Assembly (NCBI GenBank): GCA_951406725.2
Contig: OX597821.1
Location: forward strand, 78,678,001-78,742,000
Source of the DNA: Octopus vulgaris
Lineage: Eukaryota
Reading direction: 5' to 3'
Length of the DNA stretch: 64,000 nt
Below the pieces are notes generated by a model that saw nothing but the letters and a program-made list of their open reading frames with translations, searched no databases and was not told where the DNA came from. Shown here piece after piece: positions 56,128-64,000 of this stretch (positions are counted from its first letter, which is position 1; each line of letters begins with the position of its first letter). The translations under genes and the position numbers were made by a program.

Positions 56128-57400
56128 GAGGGCGAGTTAAAGAGACAAAGGTAAAACATACCTCAATGGATTGGGTAGTGGTCCTTTAAGAGTATAAAAA
56201 TTGACTATGGGGGTGATATATAAATGGGACTATATTATTAAAATTCAAGGAGGTTATCTATATCAATCATTATTCATATGAGTAAAAGGTGTGTTTTTGC
56301 CAGTGCATGCATCTATAGGATTTCTCGACCATTGTATTTATTAAAGGGACTTTGGCGAACAAAATATGGAAAAGTTCGGAATTACAGACGCCACAAAATT
56401 TCCTGCCCTTATCAAACGGAAAGGATACAGACAATATGGACCATTCCAGCTTAAAAGTTGTATTACTGTCCTTAAGACGCCAAACTATTTTACTGTGTTG
56501 TTTTCTCTTATCTCGGAAAGTTGAATAATGGTTGGAGATCCTGTGGGCTAATTTAGAAGTAGTTGCCCCAATGTAGAAGAAGACATCGGTACCGGAAGAA
56601 ATTTTGCACTGGTAAATGGAATTTCTAATTTTGGAATTGCTGGATAAGAACTTTAATCTGTTAGGGTTTACCTCCGAGACTAAGACGAAGTTTTTATTGT
56701 TATGATTGGTGTTAATATTATTGCTAGCATTGACCACAATACTATTCATATTATTATCATTACTATTAATTGTACTATCGTCGGTAATTTTCCTGACAAT
56801 ATGAATGCTGGGGTTGTTATCATTAATACTACCACTGTTATTAGAAATGCTGTCGTTATTATCACTAACACTACCACTGTTAATAATCCGACTAATATTA
56901 TTATTAATATTACTATTGTTAATGCCAACGCTGCTATGAATGTTGCTATTATCAATACTATTTCTATCATTATTATTATTGTATGTTTGGTTGGAATTGG
57001 TAAGAGCAGTGTCGCTACTCCCGGGTGATGAGTCTTTATTTAGCAGCTTGTTATTATGGGAGGCAATGATCTGCGATAGATTTCTAGTGTTGGAGAATGC
57101 AATCCTTACCTTATGCGAATTGATAGCAGAGTAATACCTAGAATTCCTGGGAAAGTTTCTAGCTACGGCTTCACGGAAATGTAAAGGGAGGTTAGAACTG
57201 ATTTGTTTCCTGAAAGGAATAACAAACCAGATATAGTTTTTTTTTGGACTTAGAATAGTTCAGAGTGTTATCATTTACATTAAAGGGAGTATTTCTGTGT
57301 TGGAGAATTGGTGTTGTTTTCCGATTGCCTCGCTATGGGCTCCGTATGGGCAGTCATCTAAAGGTTTTTGTGCATCTTGATGCTGACATAAGTTCCTTGC

Positions 57401-57483
57401 TTTTCCTGATGAGAAGGCGGCACAATGCACCCCTTATTCCTTCGAAATTAGGAATATGCAGCCTTCGAAACATATGTCGAAAA
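57401..57483 (+). ncRNA. Type I hammerhead ribozyme (GUC site)
   Basis: ttttc-CTGATGA-gaaggcggca..tgcagccttc-GAAA-catatg-TC-gaaaa; intact core and stems. Confidence 0.9.
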
Positions 57484-57820
57484 TAAAATAAAGGAATTTT
57501 GTTAATTCGTCGTTCAACTCCATTCTTTCATTTATTTGTATATATATAAATATGTATGTATATGTGTGTGTGTCTGTGTGTGTATGTATGTATGCATGTA
57601 TGTTTGTATATACATATGCATATATATATATATCCTTGACACACGTTGGATATATAAATTAAGCAGCAAAAGTTTAATCACACGACGTACTTCGTGAGAC
57701 TACCAAACAATCTCTCTTAACTACAACCAACCCCTATTCTTTACAAGAGTTCCACTAGTCCACTCTTCCAATTCCCAAAGGGTGTCAATGATTCTCCCCA
57801 CAGCAGTATATATATATATA

Positions 57821-57868
<48 letters not shown>

Positions 57869-57879
57869 CACTTACATAG

Positions 57880-58520
57880 ATATATAGAAGCAATTACGCA
57901 AACACCGGTACCAGTTATACATCTACTTCTTAGTAACGGGTCTTACGAACCTGACCTTCCCAACAATAATCTCCAGCCGCAGGATAGCTAGAAAAACTTG
58001 CAGTTGTCGCGTGTCTAACACCGACCTCTTGGATATTTCTGTCTACGCAAAAGTATAGTCTACAAATGCCGAACGTAACATCACGTTTCCACCAAGCGTG
58101 TTGACTTCAAAAACCGCTGCCGAGCACGCATGAACTCTTTCCCCAATAATTATCCTAAATTATTACCTCCTTAGCAAATTATATACGCAACGTCAAATCC
58201 TAAAATATCCCCTATAACCTAACCTGCTCCATTGAACTCGAAGCTCTCCTCGTGCAAAACTAATCTCTGCATTCAGAAATTGTATTCAAGTGAATCGCTA
58301 TCGGTCCTTCTCAACCACAACTCCTTATTACAGAATATATTCTCAGATATTATGCCCTCTTCTAAACACTGGTGCAACTCATCGTTTGCGAAATTTGTTT
58401 AATCTATGTAATCCTCGAACTAAGTTCATCCTTAGTTTTTTTAATAATCTTCAGATTAAACTTGGTGGCATTAGCAATTTACCCACTCCTGACCAATACC
58501 ACTCTTTCGACTAAATTATT
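57880..58520 (+). mobile_element. Possible decayed Penelope-like endonuclease region
   Basis: Weak: PLLNTGATH..CEICLI-like remnants across broken frames. Confidence 0.35.
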
Positions 58521-59496
58521 ACTTCTTGTGATTATCTTTGCCCATTCCTTTTACGTACCACATCCTACCTCCCTCACACCTACCATACCCCTTGAGTTAT
58601 CATTCTCCCTTTTCTCGTATCTCCTATTTCTTCGAAACCCCTTACAAATACTCCACTTCTTTAGCTACCGATTTATAAAACCCTCGCTCCCTCTCTATCC
58701 CCCTTCCTCTATTCCAACTCATACACATCTACCACACCTCCACTCACCCTTCAATATAATACTGACTAATTCTGCATTGTCCAACAACATACACCGTCTC
58801 TGTCCAACTCCATCTATCTCCTCCCATGTCATTCTACGTACCTTAGTAATCTCCCTCCGCCACCAACCTTACTTCTCGCTTCAAATTCCACCTTAGCCAA
58901 CTTATAAGCATCTATGCATTAGATTCATTGCCTCATGTCTGCAAGTCTTCAGTCTTTGCTTTCATTCTGTTTGCATGTATACATAAAACCGTTCTTCTTC
59001 GTATCATATTTGACATCTTTGAAGAAACGAACACTCACGTTCCCCAAATCTTCGCTATTTTCCTTAAGACTTCGCTACACTAATAATTCTTTCCACTATA
59101 AACACAAAGCCTACACTAATAATAGTAAAGAATACACACATTTAGGAATTTCACCAGTCAGTAGAAGTTAATTTCCTAGAACAACTTTAAGAAGCCGACC
59201 ATCGGAAAAACTAAATGTGTTGCAACGATTGAATTCTACCTCCTCTCTGAAACTTTTGCTGGGTTTTTAGTTCTCTTTCTAAGTGAATCTATGTTATATC
59301 CTTAAAACGCTACACCATACTTAGTAAAACCGGTAAAGATCCGACTATCTCTGCCGCTTGTCTCATACTCTGCTATTTATAGTGGGTCTCATACGACTTG
59401 TCACGTGGGAGCGGTGTACATTTATTACTAATTCCCAACAACAATCTATAAATACTGAGTTCAACTTCGTTGTGATTATGCCAACCAAATTAAAAT

Positions 59497-59630
59497 GCTG
59501 CTGCTACTACTACTACAACTTCTACTACTACTACTGCTACTTCTACTATTACTACTACTACTGCTGCTGCTACCACTAACACTACTACCGCTGCTGTTGC
59601 TGTTGATGATGATGATGCTATTACTACTAT

Positions 59631-59676
<46 letters not shown>

Positions 59677-59773
59677 GCTGCTGCTTCTGCTGCTGCTGCC
59701 ACTTCTACTCCTGCTATTTCTAAAAACAATAATTATGATTGTGATATTAATAATAATTATAATAATTATAATG

Positions 59774-59823
<50 letters not shown>

Positions 59824-59876
59824 TATAATAATAATCGTTATTATTATTATTATCATCATTATTATTATTATTATTA

Positions 59877-59916
<40 letters not shown>

Positions 59917-59920
59917 GATA
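59497..59920. repeat. Compound microsatellite (CTA/CTG, then TAA flipping to TTA)
   Basis: Directly visible. Confidence 0.93.
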
Positions 59921-60208
59921 ATGAAAACACTTCACTCGATATAGATAGAGAAATTCTACATGAATATCGGAGGAATTGGCATAGAAAGACTTAAATGAAA
60001 ATAAGACAGGGATGAAAATTGAAGGATTTCTGACGACAATGTTTAAACAGCAACAAAATCAACAACATCAAGAAAAGAAATTACATACGCCATTGCAGTA
60101 ACGAAATGAAAAAGATAAAAATTATATCCTTCAAGACATAATGGGCTGAATACTTTGTAGACCGTTTAGTGAAATGAGAATCATTTGGAAATTTTGAAAG
60201 TATATTAC

Positions 60209-60300
60209 CTTTTCAATCGGCCAATTATTCCAGAAAGCATAAAGAGCATTTCTTTTAAACGAAGATGTAGTTATCTGAAATATTTTCTGCCAGGTTCTGC
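60209..60300 (-). CDS. Gene B coding exon 2
   Basis: actcatgcAG acceptor, aag/GTAATA donor, 92 bp, phase 1 to 0, RTWQKIFQITTSSFKRNALYAFWNNWPIEK. Confidence 0.82.
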
Positions 60301-61119
60301 CTGCATGAGTAATAAATAAGAACATTTCAACTGTAAAGGAATACTCGAGTTTTGGGTGAACTTTATTGAAATTTTGAATAAATTATCTTCTACAGCGCTG
60401 TATTGTTTAAAACATTTTTTTAATATTCGAAATACAGTTTTTCGAAGCTTCATCTTTTCACTTTTAGTTCCTATTTCACAAAATAAATAATTTGATACCA
60501 AAGAGAAATAACAAAATGTTGCAATTTTTGTTATTTATCACCAAATCAACCTTGATTAAGAAGTCGTATGGGAAAAGTTGTACCAGCGTGACCAGTCTTT
60601 CGTCTGTCACATATTGGTATGTAGAACAATATCATCCAATGTCCTGTTCTTTTCAACATAATAGGATATAATTTCAAAGAGATTTGTCTGATGTTTCTTG
60701 CAGATCGAGTGAACTCCGAACGATAGTGTCTTCAACTCGTTAAAGTAGATCTCTAAAATATTCCATTGAAAGTGTTATGAATAAAGAATGATCAGAATTT
60801 ATAATGATATTTCGTCAGTGAAAATTCAAAAATGAAAACATTTCTTATCGACGTCGTCTACATGACAAACAAGAGATTTTTTTAGTGTTAGTATATTTAG
60901 TGAAGGCAATATTTTAAAACGTAAATATCAATAATTTAGCAGTGAAGAAAAAACATATAAGTATTCTAATGATATTATTTTAACTATTTCGGGAGGAAAC
61001 AAAGTCAAATCCTTACAAATAACATTCTTTTATGATTTCTGTAGCTGCTTAAATTCTAATGAGGGAACCACTAACTGAATTTACAAAAATGTACTCATTC
61101 GGTGTAGAAAACTAGACCA

Positions 61120-61932
61120 ACTTGTTTAGAGAATATATCAGAGAAGTCAGTTTTGGAGAAAATGATGTTATTCGACACATGATGATGGATATCAAACAAT
61201 TTACTATAAATCAAATAACCATTGATATTAGCATCTGCTGTGGGCGAGTCGAGAATATTCTGCACAATGAATTTGCCATGATAAAGGTTTCTGCTCGATG
61301 GGCTCCCGGATTTGACATCTGACAAAAATCGTACGCAGCTGAACAAGTAAGGACAAAATCTGACATTGTTTGAATTGGAACCAGCCGATTTCTTTGAAAA
61401 TTTCCTAAACCAGGATGAGTGTTGGTTTCATCACTTTAAGCTAGACAAAGTGACAAACCATGCAATGGTAACATCTCTACTTATCTGCTTCCAAAAACAC
61501 TAAGACCGTTTCATCTGCATAGAGTGTGATGATCTCAGATGCAAAATGCAGCGTGTCTATTGACTATTTACAAAAGGCCCTCACCGTCAATGGAGAACAC
61601 TTTGCCACCGTGCTGGAAATGTGAGGAATTGACTTATGATATGAGGACAACGCTCCAGCACACAAGACATTGATCTCAATGGTTGTTGTGCGTGGCTTTA
61701 GCTTTGAACTTTTTGATCAACCTGTCTATGATCCGGATTTAACCCTCTAACTATCATCTGTTTTCCAATGTGAAAAAGCACTGGAACCATATCGCAGTTA
61801 TGATGACGTCATATCTGCTGTTGGTGACTTTTTCGAGCAACAAGTTAAAAGCTTCTTCAATAATGAAATCCAAGCATTGCAACACCGATTGAATAATTGT
61901 GGGAGCCGAAAGGGGGACTATGTTGAAAATTA
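61120..61932 (+). mobile_element. Decayed mariner transposase fragment in the first coding intron of gene B
   Basis: ILHNEFAMIKVSARWAP, FLNQDECWFHHF, DNAPAHK, YDPDL, GDYVEN-stop. Confidence 0.85.
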
Positions 61933-62162
61933 AACCTCATTTGATCGTATTCTTTTAGAATATATTGGTCAGTCTATGATCTAATTCAACCTTACAAGCT
62001 CAAAAAGATAACGATTGAAACAATCAAACAGAGGGGACGTCACAAGAAATGTATCACCTGAATATTATTCAGGTAGTTAGATATATTGCATGGAGATAAT
62101 GGCCTGAATACTAAAATGTAATACAAAAAGACAGAAATACTTGTAAAATATGATTAACTCAC

Positions 62163-62484
62163 TGTTTCCATCCAGCATTAAATAAGATATACAGTCGCAA
62201 GTAAACAATTCAAAATTTCCCTCGGCTTCAGCTTGAAACATTTTGCATGTGCCATTACAATAACTAAAGAATCTACAATAATCAGTCGCCAAACAACGTA
62301 ATGAACATTCTGTGATGGTTAGTGTGGTTTGTGTTCGAATCAACCAGGGAGAAGCTATGCATTGTGAATTGCTTATTTTCCTAAAGAGTGCCTCATTTTT
62401 CGATTCGCCAATCATGACCGTGAGGAGAAACATAATGGTGAAAACTTGCAGTAGGTTGCGAAGGATATACTTTTCATTTGCCAT
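62163..62484 (-). CDS. Gene B coding exon 1: signal peptide plus PAN/apple-like domain of a 241-aa secreted protein
   Basis: ttttcAG acceptor 9 nt upstream of the ATG; hydrophobic LLQVFTIMFLLTVMIG; ECSLRC..C.FFSY...C pattern; GTGAGT donor at 62162, phase 1. Confidence 0.85.
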
Positions 62485-62609
62485 TTTTCAGTCCTGAAAA
62501 TATATAAAAAGCAATATATATATATATAATATGAGGGAATATCATTCCAAACTTACTGGAAAAAATTCAATTTAGAAACACTAAATCAAATTTCACAAAA
62601 TATATTATA

Positions 62610-62640
<31 letters not shown>

Positions 62641-62641
<1 letters not shown>

Positions 62642-64000
62642 TGTTATATTTCGGAATGGTCATATTGCCAGTTTAGCCAATAAAAACACACGCACTATAT
62701 ATTTGGTGTTATTTTGCTTCAGTGATATTTATTTTTTACATTAATCTTAATCTTATTTCGGCCAAAGTTCTTTCGTCACACTCCTGTGACCGCATCAGTG
62801 GTCCTTTGTTTTCTTCTCACTTACTTGTGTCTCTCCTTACTAACCGTCAGCCATTTTGTATTTCTATTGTATGTCTTCATTTCCGCATGCTTATATCTCT
62901 ATGTGCGTCTATGTTTATTTAGTGTGTGTGGGGGGGATGCCTGTAATATTTGTATCTTCTGGTTATATACATTCTTGTAATTTGTATTTTGTTTTTGTTG
63001 TTGTTGCTTTTGTTCTAATTTTATTCATGTGTTTACATCCACCCATTATTATCATTACATATGCTTGTATGTATGTATAACAACAATATTAGTAATAATA
63101 ATAATAAATCTAATCGAGAAAAAAAAAAAAAAAAAAAAAAAAAAGAATATACATATACATATATATATATATACATACATATACATATACATATATATAT
63201 ATATATATATACATATATACACACATATATACACATATACATATACATATATATACACATATACATATATATAGATATTCATTTCTATTTCTTTAATTAC
63301 CTGTGTATTTATTATGTTTGCAGGATCCACTATTGTCATATGTTGTGGTGTGCGCTATTGCTCCATTCTAGTTTTCTATTCAGGCTAGGTTTATTTTCTA
63401 TTATATGTGTAGCTTCTGTAATTTGTCTAATTGTTGCATCTGTTCTATGTGTGGACAATATCTTAATCTCTATGTTATTGATTGATCCCCCGTGTTCTTG
63501 TTCGGCGTGTTGGTACAGAATCGATGAGCTTTTACCTTCCTTGAGTTGTCTCCAATGTTCATTCACCCGCTCACCAATGCTTCTTGCAGTTTCCCCTACG
63601 TATGTTACTGTCTTGTTACTGCATCGTCCCTCTATACATCTTATACTATAGACCACATTTCTGGCTTTACAGTTCGTTTGTGGGCTAAATCTACATACAG
63701 TGCAATAGTTATCCGTACAGAGAGTTCTACTAAAAGGATAGGTTCTACCAATTATAGATCTGATAGGGTTGCCTGGCTTTTCAACAACCTTAATTCTTAG
63801 TTTAAGTTTATCTAGGGTCCTTCTAAAGCGGTACGCTAGTTCACCTCCAGGGGTGGTGTCAACGAACATGACACTCTGGTATTTATGGCTATCATACCAA
63901 GAGTTGGCCTTCCTTATTTTCTTTTTTGTCCTTTCTATAGTGTTCCATGACTTGTTCCTGTAGAGTGGGCAAATCCCATTCCTATCATTACATAATATAT
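62641..64000 (-). mobile_element. Penelope-like element running off the window end, with a variant hammerhead-like motif at 62762-62801
   Basis: GIY-YIG ORF followed by a 3' region homologous to 22215-22640; cca-CTGATGC-ggtcac..gtgac-GAAA-gaac-TT-tgg. Confidence 0.9.
63336..63998 (-). CDS. Penelope-like polyprotein C-terminus: Cys-rich linker plus GIY-YIG endonuclease (frame open to the window edge)
   Basis: [70 protein letters not shown]. Confidence 0.9.
   Translation of the reverse strand: MLCNDRNGICPLYRNKSWNTIERTKKKIRKANSWYDSHKYQSVMFVDTTPGGELAYRFRRTLDKLKLRIKVVEKPGNPIRSIIGRTYPFSRTLCTDNYCTVCRFSPQTNCKARNVVYSIRCIEGRCSNKTVTYVGETARSIGERVNEHWRQLKEGKSSSILYQHAEQEHGGSINNIEIKILSTHRTDATIRQITEATHIIENKPSLNRKLEWSNSAHHNI

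Larger units (their letters stand above)
55399..57540 (-). mobile_element. 5'-truncated Penelope-like element with GIY-YIG endonuclease region and inverted terminal repeats, inserted in (TA)n
   Basis: ORF 56270-56749: SIYQCKI..FYIGATTSKLAHRISNHYSTF..WSIL..CGVCNSE..LIN; about 55545-55757 is inverted at 57330-57540; each arm carries a hammerhead. Confidence 0.92.

Noticed and set aside
56702-57028. Hydrophobic membrane-protein-like ORFs
   Set aside because: Alternative frames of a low-complexity segment inside a Penelope element
59750-59920. (TAA)n to (TTA)n flip as a functional hairpin
   Set aside because: Low-complexity self-complementarity with no supporting context
62077-62162. C-terminal part of the 135-aa ORF as coding sequence
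   Set aside because: It lies beyond a strong GTGAGT donor; the phase-compatible exon at 60209-60300 is a better continuation
62845-62885. SECIS-like AUGA..AAA..GA in the Penelope 3' region
   Set aside because: Only about 5 of 6 bp pair above the putative quartet, there is no convincing lower stem, and the visible ORF has no in-frame UGA to recode

Overview
AT-rich, microsatellite- and transposon-dense animal genomic DNA. The repeat landscape suggests a cephalopod or other mollusc (inference only); it is not prokaryotic and has no CRISPR, rRNA or real tRNA gene. Host content: a 5-coding-exon minus-strand gene (62484 to 48521) that splices by hand into a 241-aa secreted protein with a signal peptide, a PAN/apple-like Cys domain and an aromatic-rich C-terminal domain. 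The last two exons of a convergent paralog lie on the plus strand (8410-8513, 11400-11449). Both copies sit in an old inverted segmental duplication (about 8.3-20.8 kb vs about 42-51.2 kb), where an intron is much better conserved than the neighbouring coding exon. Mobile content: many R4/Dong-like RLE retrotransposons in (TAA)n arrays, including a near full-length copy with twin-priming-type 5' inversion (2205-6015) and a young triplicated 5'-truncated copy between very long TAA arrays (26876-32697). Several Penelope-like elements and termini carry type I hammerhead ribozymes, mostly as inverted pairs in (TA)n. A 560-bp non-coding hammerhead-bearing partial tandem (17887-18713) looks like a retrozyme. 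Also present: a decayed L1/Tx1 LINE whose 3' end is shared with a SINE, an RTE fragment, three decayed mariners and several tRNA-derived SINEs. All alignments and folds were done by eye; boundaries of decayed elements are approximate.
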